A stretch of 64,000 bases of DNA from a virus. Below the pieces are notes generated by a model that saw nothing but the letters and a program-made list of their open reading frames with translations, was not told where the DNA came from and made no database searches. Location of the stretch: the IMG/VR virus record IMGVR_UViG_3300035661_000037, positions 1-64,000 of that record; one strand, given 5' to 3'. The position numbers and the translations under genes were made by a program. Positions 41,681 to 52,749 of this stretch are shown here, piece by piece (the first letter of the stretch is position 1; every line of letters starts with the position of its first letter).

Positions 41681-43138
41681 TTATGTCAAGCCTTCTATTT
41701 CCAAAGAGCATATTGAAAGAGTCGGATAACTTATATCCACGCTAAAATCTTTGTAAAATCCATATATTATACTAGATTGATAATCATCTGCCCCAATGTA
41801 CACGCATGGGGTAGCTCTGTATTTTGAAAGGATAGCTACTGTAGGGTCTACGGAAGAAGCTGGCATTTGCACAGTAAATGTACCTCGCCTACTAAAAGAT
41901 CTTTCTAGTACACTATAGTTTCCAAAATCGTCTCGTTGTTTTACAGAATAATCAACGATACCGACACTAGCCCCATATTGAGTAAGACCAAGGTCTCTTA
42001 CGGTGCCTAACACTACTCCGCCGCACTTAGCATTGTTACCATCACTTCTTATTTCGATAGTTATTAATAAGTTTGCATATAGCGGGAGAGACGATGTGTA
42101 CCAGTAGGATCTGAAATTTATAGGTTCAAAAAAGTATGTGTACCAGTCGCTAACTGTAGATGTGTCAATCAAAGAATTTGTTATCGGGCCATACACCAGC
42201 CCTTCAATTGAGTCATAGGCCGATATAGTGACCGTCCCTGCCTCAACGTTAAGCAGCGCTACAGAATCAATTCTACCGGTAGTTTGTACAGAGAACTCAA
42301 TAGAGTTTGCATTTATGGAAGATGATGTAATAGAATCGTCGAAGACTCTCCATCTATTATTATCCTTTAGGTCTAGCCATTTAGATGCGTTTTTATGTGG
42401 TGTAAACCCTATATTAGACGAGGTTAGAGACTGGTAAGTCTTATGATATTGTACGGCAGCATAAAATGTACCTGTACCGCTACTGGTCGTAACAACCCCT
42501 CCACCACCCGATGATAGGGCTACTTGGAAGCTATCAGTGGAAACCGCAGTAATGTAGTAAGATACCCCCGCAGACAGTCCTGTAGGCATAGACCCAGTAG
42601 AGTATAATGTAACCCTATCGTCATCTAAAAACCCATGGCCTACCCAAGTAATATTGGCGCCACCTACAAAAGCAGTCTCTACATACCCACTCACTACATA
42701 CCCGTCTACAACGTAAGATGTGTAAGATAGCGATATACCAACAACAGAAGACACTGGGGATAACAGTGAGAACAATGAATGTATCCCCGATTGAGTGCCA
42801 CTAGTAGCTATTGCGGCACCACCAGAAGTAAGGCTAATTTGTAAAGTATTAGTGGCAGCGTTCACAACGTAGTATATTATATTAGCAGATATTCCAGTTG
42901 GTAATACTCCAGTAGTTCTAAATACTATGGGGGTATTGTTAGGGAGGCTATGCGTAGTTGAAGTTACTACCGTAGGGCTTCCTATAGATATAGTAGCAGA
43001 TAATAGTTTGTTGGCTACAGTTACATACTCCCCAGATCCGTATGTCGTACTAGACAGCCAGACAGGATAATCGTCCTCTGGTATGTTACACGACACTAAA
43101 GATTGGTCAGTTATTTTGAATGGGCGTATAATCTTCAT
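41681..43138 (-). CDS. tail tip protein
   Basis: Follows the tape measure gene; NRWRVFD, GIVDYSVK..DDFGN; two inserted LPTG...YYV repeats. Confidence 0.75.
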   Translation of the reverse strand: MKIIRPFKITDQSLVSCNIPEDDYPVWLSSTTYGSGEYVTVANKLLSATISIGSPTVVTSTTHSLPNNTPIVFRTTGVLPTGISANIIYYVVNAATNTLQISLTSGGAAIATSGTQSGIHSLFSLLSPVSSVVGISLSYTSYVVDGYVVSGYVETAFVGGANITWVGHGFLDDDRVTLYSTGSMPTGLSAGVSYYITAVSTDSFQVALSSGGGGVVTTSSGTGTFYAAVQYHKTYQSLTSSNIGFTPHKNASKWLDLKDNNRWRVFDDSITSSSINANSIEFSVQTTGRIDSVALLNVEAGTVTISAYDSIEGLVYGPITNSLIDTSTVSDWYTYFFEPINFRSYWYTSSLPLYANLLITIEIRSDGNNAKCGGVVLGTVRDLGLTQYGASVGIVDYSVKQRDDFGNYSVLERSFSRRGTFTVQMPASSVDPTVAILSKYRATPCVYIGADDYQSSIIYGFYKDFSVDISYPTLSICSLEIEGLT

Positions 43139-43151
43139 AGGTAACCTTTAA

Positions 43152-46100
43152 TTAGGCAGAAACAAGTCTTGTTTCTGGTAAACCGTCACTATCAAACTGC
43201 TTCAATAATTTAGCGGTTATTTTTGTATTTTGTACTAGCGGTATGCCTATAGCACGTAGCTCTTCTCGTAACGCCTCAAGTAAGTTATTTGTTTCAGCCC
43301 GCTCACCACGCTCTTTATCAACATACACGCGCGGGGTTACCTGCTCCCCTTGGTGTAGTTGTGCCATCATATCTGTAGGGATATAGTTTGACCCTACAGC
43401 GAAACTAGGTACTGGTGGGACTGCTATGACAGTCGTACTTAATAAACCAAGCGATGTTACTAGTGTAGCTATGTTATTAGCTGTTGCGGCTGTGTTGGTG
43501 GTTATAGATTTAAGAAATGTGTTTGACGCTAGTGTAGCAGATAGTGTCGCATCAGCGGAGCTTACAGTAGCCTCGATACCACTCGCGGTTGCTTCAAGCG
43601 CATTTTTAACATATGCAGTGGCCCTGTCAACATCAGACTGTGTTCTAGCCCCAGCTGTAGCCGCTGCTATATAACCAGTGGCGGCATTACTGAGCTTTCC
43701 TTGAGCAGACGTATCTCCGCTAGCAGCTAACGTATTAATAACGTCGAAACTCTCGAGCAAGCTAGATACTGTAGATCTACCCAACGAGGCTATTAATTCT
43801 CTGATAGATACAGCAACAGCCTTGAGACTATCAGATGCAGATTTGGATGCGTCATAGGCAGTCTGAGCAGATGCAACTTTGGCATCTGTTTCAGCTTTTA
43901 TAGCCGCTGCAGAACTTTCCAACGCTGTTTTCTGCTTATCTACAGCGGCGATGTATGCCTGTATAGCCGGTTGGTTATTTAAAATTGCGCTGCGCTGATC
44001 TTCGTTAGATGATTGCAGCAAATCCCACCAGCTCTGGGTAGTTGTTAGCAGGTCTAGGTTTGTAAACCCTAGTTGCTTCAACGCGTTTGTAGTATTCGAC
44101 ACTACAACGTCTAATGGGGCGAAGCCATCTGTGAACGATTTTACCAAACTAGCTAACGCATCCGCTGCGGTAGCGGATGCTGCTGCGGCATCTGAGGTAG
44201 CTTGAGTCTGCTTATCTATAGCGGCGATGTATGCCTGTATGGCAGGTTGGTTATTTAAAATTGCGTTGCGCTGATCTTCATTTGATGATTGCAGCAAATC
44301 CCACCAGCTCTGGGTAGTTGTTAGTAGGTCTAGGTTTGTAAACCCTAATTGCTTCAGCGCGTCTGTAGTATTCGACACTACAACGTCTAGTGGGGCGAAG
44401 CCGTCTGTGAACGATTTTATCAAACCAGCTAGCGCATCCGCTGCGGCGGCCGAAGCTGCAGTCGCCTGTGAGGTAGCTTGCGTCTGCATAGTCGTGGCGG
44501 ATATATAGGCTTGTATCGCAGGGATATTATTTAGTATAGCAACTAATTGGTCGTCAGTGGCCATCTGTTGAAACGCCCACCACTGCTCAGTTGTGGTTAA
44601 CGTTTCTAAGTTAGTAAACCCAAGAGCTTGTAGCGCACTAGTGGCATTAGCGAGAGTAACGTCTAACGGTGCAAAACCATCTAAGAATGCCCTATACTTA
44701 CTTGTAGCGGATGCTATACCCCCTAGTTTTTGCGTTAGCGCATCAGCACGTTCGGCGGTAATGTTTGCTTCTCTGCCAAGAGACTTGAAAAAATAGTTTA
44801 GGTTATCTACTTCTTGTGCAACCCTAACAACTGTCTGGAAAAGCCCTTCTCCAGCCAATTGAAAATGTACAAATGATGGGAATAACTCAGCCGCTAATAG
44901 GTCTGCGTCCTTACTTATAGCGGCGTTAAGTGCCTTTATCTTACCTTCTGCACTAAGCCCCTCTAAGCTAAGTTTTCCAATAGAAGTTTGAAATTTATTT
45001 ATAGTATCTGTGACACCGGATCCATCTTGTCCAAAACTAACCGCCAATGTAGTTAGCGAGTCCGCTATATTTGAGTATATGCTACCAATAGCTTCAGCTA
45101 GCCCGCCAGTAACGTTTGAGGTATTAGTAAATGTAGTGTCGTTTGATCGCAGACCTCCAAGTGACTGCGTTGTTGTTATTCCAGAAACATATTGCGATAT
45201 ACCATTTCCAGCTCGTAATGCCTCAATTGTACCTTGGATTATCAGACCTGTATCACTGACTTTAGACTTCGATGAGCCAAGTAAAAAATCGGTTATTTTC
45301 CCTGCTAGTTTAGGCCCCCCAAAGAATTCTGCTAGACCAAATGTTATTATATCTAGCCCAGCTCTAAACCCTTGGTCGACCGTAGTTTGCAGAGTAAGAT
45401 CAAACTCACTTTTTCCGTCAGCGTACCTCCCAGTAGATGCTCTAGGTACATTTAGATTTTTCGCTATATCTCCCCCCAAAGTTATAGCTGCTATGGCAAT
45501 AAACCCAGCCGTAGAAGCCTCTATAGATTTCAAACTTTTAGCCATGCTTGCCGAGTACTTGCTGGTAACTAACGTATTTTCTTGCAAACTAGTAAGTGAG
45601 TTTGATATAGACATTGACTGCTCAGTAAGACTGCCTAGCACAGTCCCTGTACCTTGTAGTTTTTGGACTTCGCTAGCAGTAACGGATGCTATCTCAGCCA
45701 CTGAGGCAGAACTAGATAATAAATTAGACGCAATACCTATACCCAATGTAACAAGGTCTGTACCGCTTATATCCTTACCATTTACAATGCTTGTAACAGC
45801 ACTGCTAAGGGACGTATTTATGGCTGCAGATAATGCTTTGCCGAAGTTATTAACAATGTTAGTAAGTATATCGGTACCAGGCGTAAGTACCCCCGTAAAA
45901 AGTGCGGATGATATTTTGGCTACGTTGGCTTGGAATTTTGCCAATTCTAGCTCACTTGGTAAAAGAGTAGATCTATTCTCAGACGCATTAGCAGCGGCTA
46001 TCAGTGCCTTATCTCTAGCAGCTTTCTGGTCGTCCCCTCTAAACTTAGGATTATTTACAATATCTAATAATTCTTTTTCTAGTGCTACAGCTTCCTTGCG

Positions 46101-48908
46101 GAGTGCTAATGCTATTTCGGCATTGGCGTTTTCTACACCAAACAGATTGTTGCTAATAGTGTACAAACTATTTTCAAATTGTTTTTGCTCCGCCGTATCT
46201 TTCTGGAGTAAGTTTATATTACTTATTATTTTTTCTGATTCTAAATTGGCTTCTGTGATATCTTTTGTTTGTGCAGATATCTGCGCCAATTCGTAGTTAG
46301 CCGTCTCAAGTGCTTTTTGCTGCGGCGTTAGGTTCTTCCATACATCTTTCTCGTTTATTTTTGCCCACTCTACTTCAACCCTAGTCAAGTTTACGCCATA
46401 CTTATCAAAAGAATCCTGCCTAGCAGTTATTTCTGCGTTTAGCTGACCTAACTTAGACTTATAGTTATCTTTTTCTACTTTTTCAAGCTCGTTTGCCTTT
46501 TTAATAAGGAAGTCGTAATATTTTGTAGCCTCGGTAAGCAGTTTGTCGGCCTCCGCACGAGTTATTTTGCCGCTAGTTAGCTTTCCGCCAACCTCATTAC
46601 CAACATTGGTCAGTAGCTTATTAGCTTCTGCAATAGCAGCTTCTTTTTTCGAAGTAGGGTTTATTTTATCGTACGCCGCTTTCAATTCCTCTAATGCGGG
46701 CTTCAATTTACCAGTTACCTCATTCAAGTCTACTTGACTTTGTATTTTTTCTTTATATATTTCTAAAGTCTCAACTTCTATAGCTAGTTGCGCTGCCCTT
46801 TCATCTCTAATACGGCTATCAACAGTACTGAATCTATATTTACTACCGGCGTCTTCAACTTCCTTTTGCTTCTGTAGCACACCTAATTTTTCTTTATCTA
46901 TAGATAGTAGTCTATCCGCAGCTGCTACTTGCTGCTCTAAAGAATCTTTACCGGAACTATTAAGCCCCAGTGCATCTAAAGCCGACGAACTCGTAACCGC
47001 CGCCTCGCGTGACTTCTGACGACTAGCCTGTTCTGCTATAGCATCATTTATAAACCCCCCTGCTGCCCCAGCACCAGCAAGATTTTTTAATTTTCGTATG
47101 CGGGACTCCTGAGTATTAAAAAAGTCACCTAGTTTATTACTTATTGAGTCAATCCACCCGAGGTGGTCTGCGAGAACATAAGCACCAAGCACAACCGCAC
47201 CAATTACACCGCCAGCACCAAGCAACCCAACAGCCCCCTTTGCTGCGCGACCTACCTTTTCTATGCCCGTTAGTTGCGCTGTATATGCGACTACGTGAGC
47301 ATCGGCTTGTGCTAGTGTAGCTGCGGTGTCAGCAACCTTAACTACTGTATTACCTACTATTATACCCCGCAGAGATAGCAATGCCTCACCTAGTTTAGTT
47401 ACTTGAGATATTGCTGCATCGGCTAAAAATAGCCCGACCCACAATCCAGCGATTATAGTTATCGGGGTTATTAGTTTAGAGATTAGCCTGTCTAGTGCTA
47501 CAAATATTGGAGCTAACGCCCCTACGATAGTAAACACAACTTGGAACGCACTGCCAATAGCTTTTATTACTGACCAATATGCTTCCACAGCTTTTGACAC
47601 TTCTGGGTTTAACTTTAGTGTACCGTCTACATCTACTGTACCTAAATAGTTGGCAAGATCTATAACTGCTGATTTTATCGCCCCGAACCCCTCCTTGTCT
47701 GATAACAGTAACCCCAGCCTTGATTGAAGGACATCCCACGCTCCTGTTAGCGTCTTAGTTCTAACTTCTTCCGCAACTACTATGAAACCCTGTAGTCTTT
47801 CAGTTAGCATCTTAACAAGAACGTCGGGGCCTTCATTTGTCCACTGTTTAAGTATCGCATCAGTAACACCTATAGATCTAGCCAAGGTACTTGAGGCAGG
47901 TTGAATTCCGCCAGAAATAAGATCCCTTACCTCTTGTACATACTGCTGCGAGCTAAGTCCAAGTGAGGAGACCGCGATAGCACCAGCAGTAGCAACTTGA
48001 CGTATTTGCGTAAGGTTCAGGTGTGCTGTAAGACCGCCAGAAATTGCGGCTTGGTTCACCTCAGTAAGTCTTCCAAGCTCAATACCGTACTTTAAAGAGT
48101 CTTTTTGGATCTCCTTAACATACTGCCCAGATACCTGCCATGCTTGACCGAATGTAAGTGCTTCTCCATTTAGTGTTGCCATTGAAAGTAATATCCCAGC
48201 TATACCAGTCTGCGCATCCTCTATACGCTTCAACGATGCTATACCAAATAAAGCTGGGCCGCCTATAAGTGCGACGAGAGCAGTAAATCCATATATTGCA
48301 CCAGTAACCTCAAATGTCAGAGACGCAAGGGATGCCGCAAGTTTTTGTACTTCACCACGGCCTCTAGCATTACCGGTCTCAAACAATTTAACAGCTGTAG
48401 CAGCCTTATCAAATACGACTCCAGAACGGATTCCTTGGGCTTCAAGCTGTGCTAAATTGTCTTTGGCGATGCGTAAGCCGGCATTGTGGCTTTCTAGTAA
48501 CCCAGCTACACGGGCTTGCGGGGAAGATGCGTTAGCTGCTTGCAGTTGTGCTGCTGCGGTTTTAGCATCTTGAGTTCTGATAGCTAGTTCCGATTTATAC
48601 GCGCGTGTGTACTCTCTATCCAGCGACATCATCGCAGATATTTTTGCTTTTTGATTTGATATCTCTTGTTTACTATAGTTGTCAGAATTAGTAACCATCT
48701 GCAACAACTTTTCTTTTTGTGCTAATATGTCAGACTGTGCTATAGCCTTGTTAGCGGCGGACGACATGGTGGCTTTGCGTGCTTGGGACTTCTCAAATAT
48801 ATCATCCGCTGTGCGAGTAATCGTGCCGATAGCCGCAACCATCTGCGCTTGAGCCTTAGATGGGTCAATTACTATCGAAATCTCTAATTCGTTATTTGTG
48901 CCAGCCAT
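43152..48908 (-). CDS. tail tape measure protein
   Basis: 1918 aa, Ala-rich helical; FAVGSNYIP.DM.A.LHQGE C-terminus; downstream of chaperones. Confidence 0.9.
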   Translation of the reverse strand: MAGTNNELEISIVIDPSKAQAQMVAAIGTITRTADDIFEKSQARKATMSSAANKAIAQSDILAQKEKLLQMVTNSDNYSKQEISNQKAKISAMMSLDREYTRAYKSELAIRTQDAKTAAAQLQAANASSPQARVAGLLESHNAGLRIAKDNLAQLEAQGIRSGVVFDKAATAVKLFETGNARGRGEVQKLAASLASLTFEVTGAIYGFTALVALIGGPALFGIASLKRIEDAQTGIAGILLSMATLNGEALTFGQAWQVSGQYVKEIQKDSLKYGIELGRLTEVNQAAISGGLTAHLNLTQIRQVATAGAIAVSSLGLSSQQYVQEVRDLISGGIQPASSTLARSIGVTDAILKQWTNEGPDVLVKMLTERLQGFIVVAEEVRTKTLTGAWDVLQSRLGLLLSDKEGFGAIKSAVIDLANYLGTVDVDGTLKLNPEVSKAVEAYWSVIKAIGSAFQVVFTIVGALAPIFVALDRLISKLITPITIIAGLWVGLFLADAAISQVTKLGEALLSLRGIIVGNTVVKVADTAATLAQADAHVVAYTAQLTGIEKVGRAAKGAVGLLGAGGVIGAVVLGAYVLADHLGWIDSISNKLGDFFNTQESRIRKLKNLAGAGAAGGFINDAIAEQASRQKSREAAVTSSSALDALGLNSSGKDSLEQQVAAADRLLSIDKEKLGVLQKQKEVEDAGSKYRFSTVDSRIRDERAAQLAIEVETLEIYKEKIQSQVDLNEVTGKLKPALEELKAAYDKINPTSKKEAAIAEANKLLTNVGNEVGGKLTSGKITRAEADKLLTEATKYYDFLIKKANELEKVEKDNYKSKLGQLNAEITARQDSFDKYGVNLTRVEVEWAKINEKDVWKNLTPQQKALETANYELAQISAQTKDITEANLESEKIISNINLLQKDTAEQKQFENSLYTISNNLFGVENANAEIALALRKEAVALEKELLDIVNNPKFRGDDQKAARDKALIAAANASENRSTLLPSELELAKFQANVAKISSALFTGVLTPGTDILTNIVNNFGKALSAAINTSLSSAVTSIVNGKDISGTDLVTLGIGIASNLLSSSASVAEIASVTASEVQKLQGTGTVLGSLTEQSMSISNSLTSLQENTLVTSKYSASMAKSLKSIEASTAGFIAIAAITLGGDIAKNLNVPRASTGRYADGKSEFDLTLQTTVDQGFRAGLDIITFGLAEFFGGPKLAGKITDFLLGSSKSKVSDTGLIIQGTIEALRAGNGISQYVSGITTTQSLGGLRSNDTTFTNTSNVTGGLAEAIGSIYSNIADSLTTLAVSFGQDGSGVTDTINKFQTSIGKLSLEGLSAEGKIKALNAAISKDADLLAAELFPSFVHFQLAGEGLFQTVVRVAQEVDNLNYFFKSLGREANITAERADALTQKLGGIASATSKYRAFLDGFAPLDVTLANATSALQALGFTNLETLTTTEQWWAFQQMATDDQLVAILNNIPAIQAYISATTMQTQATSQATAASAAAADALAGLIKSFTDGFAPLDVVVSNTTDALKQLGFTNLDLLTTTQSWWDLLQSSNEDQRNAILNNQPAIQAYIAAIDKQTQATSDAAAASATAADALASLVKSFTDGFAPLDVVVSNTTNALKQLGFTNLDLLTTTQSWWDLLQSSNEDQRSAILNNQPAIQAYIAAVDKQKTALESSAAAIKAETDAKVASAQTAYDASKSASDSLKAVAVSIRELIASLGRSTVSSLLESFDVINTLAASGDTSAQGKLSNAATGYIAAATAGARTQSDVDRATAYVKNALEATASGIEATVSSADATLSATLASNTFLKSITTNTAATANNIATLVTSLGLLSTTVIAVPPVPSFAVGSNYIPTDMMAQLHQGEQVTPRVYVDKERGERAETNNLLEALREELRAIGIPLVQNTKITAKLLKQFDSDGLPETRLVSA

Positions 48909-48979
48909 AAAATTAGCCTCTGATAAATTACCACGCTTATATCACATATTTATTGATTTGACAAACATTTTAAAACGTG

Positions 48980-49008
48980 AAAAACCACCCTATAAGTTTA
49001 GGGTGGTT
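48980..49008 (-). terminator. intrinsic terminator
   Basis: AACCACCCTA/TAGGGTGGTT hairpin with T-run on the minus strand. Confidence 0.7.
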
Positions 49009-49025
49009 GGCAGGAGTGTTCAAGG

Positions 49026-49229
49026 TTAAGCCGACTTATAAATCTTCATACCCTCAACAACTTTTGCGCACTTATAACGGGTCTCTAAACCTTGGCGCTT
49101 ACATGTTTGGTTCCGCGCAAATACAAGCTGCCTAGCAAACTTGTACCCTGCGCCATGCTCGGCCTCAGTAAGTGTAAAACTATCCCCAACATTGACGAGG
49201 CTTCCCCAATCGTATTTATTTCGCTGCAT
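49026..49229 (-). CDS. small hypothetical protein
   Basis: AAGGA RBS; KYDW..L.NVGDSF. Confidence 0.7.
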   Translation of the reverse strand: MQRNKYDWGSLVNVGDSFTLTEAEHGAGYKFARQLVFARNQTCKRQGLETRYKCAKVVEGMKIYKSA

Positions 49230-49575
49230 TTGACTTCCTTTCTGATTCTTCGTAACGCATATTCAAATAGTCTCTATCAACCGCCAAGAGTATTTGTTCA
49301 TACATCTCTGGGTCATCATCACCTACATGTTTGGCACGTTGCGTTATCCGTGTAACAGGTATCGCACCTTCTGACATTGCGTTGACACGTTCTGTACCTA
49401 ATGTATAAAACTCACTTAAGTAGTAGGCATCTAGCAATCCAATCTCAGGCTTTGTGTTTAGCACATCTGGTCGCCTATAGGTAGGTTCATCTTTAAATAA
49501 CTCATACGCTTCCTGAGCCAGTTTATAAGATGGCCCATACTTTATAGACCATTCCAGATGCGCACTCAGTTTTTT
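49216..49575 (-). CDS. tail assembly chaperone, -1 frameshift extension (gpGT-like)
   Basis: Open -1 frame from slippery A-AAA-AAC (49575-49569) through ORF 49216-49464. Confidence 0.8.
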   Translation of the reverse strand, partial: KKLSAHLEWSIKYGPSYKLAQEAYELFKDEPTYRRPDVLNTKPEIGLLDAYYLSEFYTLGTERVNAMSEGAIPVTRITQRAKHVGDDDPEMYEQILLAVDRDYLNMRYEESERKSNAAK

Positions 49576-49958
49576 ACAACTTCCTCAATCGTTTCCTTGC
49601 GGAATGTTTCAGGCTCTTCTGCCAAGTTCTCAATAAGTTTACGTAGATCAACATATTCTTTATCTAGCATGAGTTCTACGGCGGTTTCTTTGGTGAATGG
49701 TAGATCCGCACCATCCTTAGTGAACCCAGCCCAGCCCAGCAAAACTGTACCACAGTAACACTCCATAACTACGCGCTCTAGCTTATCGTTGTCCAAACTT
49801 TTGAAAGAGGTGCCAAATTTTTTGGCAACAATGCGAAGAGATTTATTAAATTTTTCGTTGCCAGCACGCGCCACAGTTACAGATGCGCCATCACCAATAT
49901 CTACTGTAGTTCCTTCTTGGCTCATCTTACCGTCTGTTTTAAACTTGTTCAAATTCAT
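49566..49958 (-). CDS. tail assembly chaperone (gpG-like)
   Basis: Between tube and tape measure genes; VARAGN, VLLGW.G; ends VKN. Confidence 0.85.
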   Translation of the reverse strand: MNLNKFKTDGKMSQEGTTVDIGDGASVTVARAGNEKFNKSLRIVAKKFGTSFKSLDNDKLERVVMECYCGTVLLGWAGFTKDGADLPFTKETAVELMLDKEYVDLRKLIENLAEEPETFRKETIEEVVKN

Positions 49959-50048
49959 TTGTGAAGCTCCTTAAATTATGGGTATGGTGAAACAGCCATG
50001 TTTATACATCATATAATTATACGCTGTCAAGAACTATTTACACAAAAT

Positions 50049-50071
50049 AAAAGACCCTCCTCGGAGGGTCT
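50049..50071 (-). terminator. intrinsic terminator after the tail tube gene
   Basis: AGACCCTCC/GGAGGGTCT hairpin with T-run. Confidence 0.75.
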
Positions 50072-50090
50072 AATCTTAGACATATCAAGT

Positions 50091-51467
50091 TTACATAACA
50101 GATAGTTGCAGCATATAGTTAGGTGAGTATGTTGTGCTAATCAACGCTGTAGCAGTCATATCCACGAGAGTGTCGGTGTTCAGACTAGCTGCGGAACGTG
50201 TACCAGCAGAAAATTTAACTTTTGGCATATCTACGATGAGGTAATTTCCGCTACTGTCTTGCAATACATATTCTACGCTAGTTGCGGTATTATTCAAAAA
50301 TTTTGCCAGTAGCATAGGCTCATTAAAGTATGCGGATATAGTTAAAGTTGCTCCAAATGTTCCGTTTTGGGTATCTACACTATACAAACTACCTATAGCG
50401 TCCAGCGAGCGAAGGTTATTTGTAGTTGATAGATTTAGTGTTTTAAACAATGTAGTAGTTGATGCCGAACCACCCTCAAAGATACCAGATGATGCGACGT
50501 TAGCTTGCGCAGACAAGATGGGGTTGTTGGTAGACGCAGTGGCGGCTGTGTTATCGCCGAACCCAGGAGCTGCTGTTATCGTTGTAGATGTCACAGTCTG
50601 TGACGCGCTCACCGTGTAGGTACCAGTGCCTCCCGTACCAGTCAAGAATGCCGTAATTGTAGTGCCTGCGGTTACACCAGTTCCAGAAATAACGTCACCA
50701 ACACTCAAACTTGCTACAGCGGCCACAGTCACCGTAAGCACGGTAGTTGCGATAGAACCCGTGCAGATTATAGAGCCTCTAGTGTCTCTGCCGATCATGG
50801 CGGCGGTAGCTGTAACTAGCGCACCGGAAGCAACGTTAAGCGCTAAAGTATTAACGGAAAGACCTTTACTAACATACGAAATATTAGGGAGGTCGGTGTA
50901 TTCTACCTGCATAGAGAACGATGGCTGTAAGACACCATTACGATAATTTTTGCTACTTATTGTTGTTGACGCACTTGCCGTGTCGGTAACTAATGTTTTT
51001 CGGCTAACTACAATTTTACCGGTTGTTGCTGAAACAATCTTAGCAACCCCGTTATTTGCGTTGTTAGTTGCGCCTACGATCTTAACCCACCCACCTAGAG
51101 GTAAGCTGTTTATAGTAAAACCAGAAGCTGCACTGTTGATAGAGTTGTCGGCTGAAGCAAAACTAATATCTGCGGCAGTCAATGTATACAGCGTTACAGG
51201 GGCGCAGCCAAGCGCTGACTCAATCAATGGGTCATACTCGGCATGGCTATACTCGAATGCTACATCGCCTGATGTAGATGCTCCAGTCGGTACAAGATCG
51301 GATACTCCACGGTCACTACGAACCTCTGTAGAGGATACAGTAGTAATAGCAGGGTTAATATTTACTGAAGTCTTCCGCAAGGCGATTTTCTTGCTAGTAG
51401 GCGTAACACCTTCAGTAACTTCGCGTAAGTATGATAGATTTGTAAGATTACCTTGTGCATTTGCCAT
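50091..51467 (-). CDS. major tail tube protein with inserted beta domain
   Basis: [30 protein letters not shown]; strong RBS and terminator. Confidence 0.85.
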   Translation of the reverse strand: MANAQGNLTNLSYLREVTEGVTPTSKKIALRKTSVNINPAITTVSSTEVRSDRGVSDLVPTGASTSGDVAFEYSHAEYDPLIESALGCAPVTLYTLTAADISFASADNSINSAASGFTINSLPLGGWVKIVGATNNANNGVAKIVSATTGKIVVSRKTLVTDTASASTTISSKNYRNGVLQPSFSMQVEYTDLPNISYVSKGLSVNTLALNVASGALVTATAAMIGRDTRGSIICTGSIATTVLTVTVAAVASLSVGDVISGTGVTAGTTITAFLTGTGGTGTYTVSASQTVTSTTITAAPGFGDNTAATASTNNPILSAQANVASSGIFEGGSASTTTLFKTLNLSTTNNLRSLDAIGSLYSVDTQNGTFGATLTISAYFNEPMLLAKFLNNTATSVEYVLQDSSGNYLIVDMPKVKFSAGTRSAASLNTDTLVDMTATALISTTYSPNYMLQLSVM

Positions 51468-51484
51468 GTTAAAACTCCTTTAAT

Positions 51485-51910
51485 TTAAACTACAATATCA
51501 TGAAAATATGGTATCGCCACAATCATCTGGTACCATTGGGTAGTGCTCTGAACACCGTTAATACTAAAATACTGCTCACCAATCCTGCGAACATCAGGCT
51601 CTTCAAACGTTATCCCAGATACTTGTTTGTCCCTAAAGATATCCTGCACTGAATCTGCCAAGTCACGAGCTGCCCTAGAACCTTTATTTATCGGTGTATA
51701 AATATTTACAAACACCGTGCCTGTGGATCTGCGTAACTGCGCACCTGAACCTATTGACGCTTTGCTTGACACGCCATCCCAGCACTCTATACTTACCCAA
51801 GACACCGCTGGGACTGTAAAAGGGGCGTTGTCATACTTTATATCGGTAGTGGCTGCCCAGCCAGTTGCGAACAAGTTTTCAATAGCAATGTTTATCGCGG
51901 AAGTAGCCAT
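51485..51910 (-). CDS. tail terminator protein
   Basis: YDN.PF, RRSTG.V.VNIYTP...G; position upstream of the tube gene. Confidence 0.75.
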   Translation of the reverse strand: MATSAINIAIENLFATGWAATTDIKYDNAPFTVPAVSWVSIECWDGVSSKASIGSGAQLRRSTGTVFVNIYTPINKGSRAARDLADSVQDIFRDKQVSGITFEEPDVRRIGEQYFSINGVQSTTQWYQMIVAIPYFHDIVV

Positions 51911-51954
51911 GTGTAGTGTGTACCACACAATAGCTTACATGTCAAGAGGTACAG

Positions 51955-52377
51955 CTAGAATAGTTTAAACTTTTGTAGTGCTTGATTCTTTGCGTAAGCT
52001 GCAATCATCCAACCACCTTGCGGGTGGGTTCTTGTACCTTCATACTCAACCTTATAGGCATGTTTGGCGGTATTGCTTACATATATAGGTGTAAATGGAG
52101 CTTGGTAATAAGGCTCCTGAAATTTGTTATAGGGTGGTTGGTAGGTAATATCAGGCTTTCCAAACTTAACTGATGGGGCGGCTAACACGCGATCACTAGG
52201 TTTACCTATAGCTATATCCCAAGAGGCATTATATAACCCTGACCAGCGCGGCTCGTCTTGGTGTATCGCAGCATTATATGCCACTGATGCGGTAATGGCA
52301 GTAGCCTCGGCAACCTTGCGACCTATTGCAACCTCAAGGTTCTTAAGTGATTCGGGATTTATTTTGAAGGATATCAT
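51955..52377 (-). CDS. neck/tail-completion protein (HK97 gp10-like)
   Basis: P.WSG.YNASW, IYVSN...HAY.VEY.G. Confidence 0.7.
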   Translation of the reverse strand: MISFKINPESLKNLEVAIGRKVAEATAITASVAYNAAIHQDEPRWSGLYNASWDIAIGKPSDRVLAAPSVKFGKPDITYQPPYNKFQEPYYQAPFTPIYVSNTAKHAYKVEYEGTRTHPQGGWMIAAYAKNQALQKFKLF

Positions 52378-52380
52378 ACA

Positions 52381-52749
52381 TCACGGAGAACGTAACTGAA
52401 ATGTCCAGATAGCCCCTGAAGGGTCTGGGTTAAAGTTGACAATGTTGTATGTTTTGGCTGTGGTAACTACAGTATCTAGGGCTATGTTAGGTGATACGTT
52501 TAGCGATGATTGCTGAACGATCATTTTAACATCTGAAATTTGTAGTCCGACATTGTTAGATAGCTCCAGCTCTGTAAACCTTAGAAATATCACTTTAGCT
52601 AATAGGGTATCAGCATTAGTTGAGGTATTTGTACCTGTCGCCGGTACGTATACTGTAGTAGTTCTCCGATAAGTCGCTGACGTAGGTATATCCCCTAGTG
52701 CTAAGAAGGCGGAGTTTACAGCAGCAGCAATTGTTCCTCGAAGCCCCAT
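52381..52749 (-). CDS. head-closure protein
   Basis: Y.PATG, DP.GA.W.FQLR; synteny. Confidence 0.7.
   Translation of the reverse strand: MGLRGTIAAAVNSAFLALGDIPTSATYRRTTTVYVPATGTNTSTNADTLLAKVIFLRFTELELSNNVGLQISDVKMIVQQSSLNVSPNIALDTVVTTAKTYNIVNFNPDPSGAIWTFQLRSP

Noticed and set aside
45010-46296. 428-aa plus-strand ORF and similar antisense ORFs (31954-32526, 40791-41342, 50950-51483, 57966-58538)
   Set aside because: Antisense shadows of real genes with low-complexity translations and no motifs.
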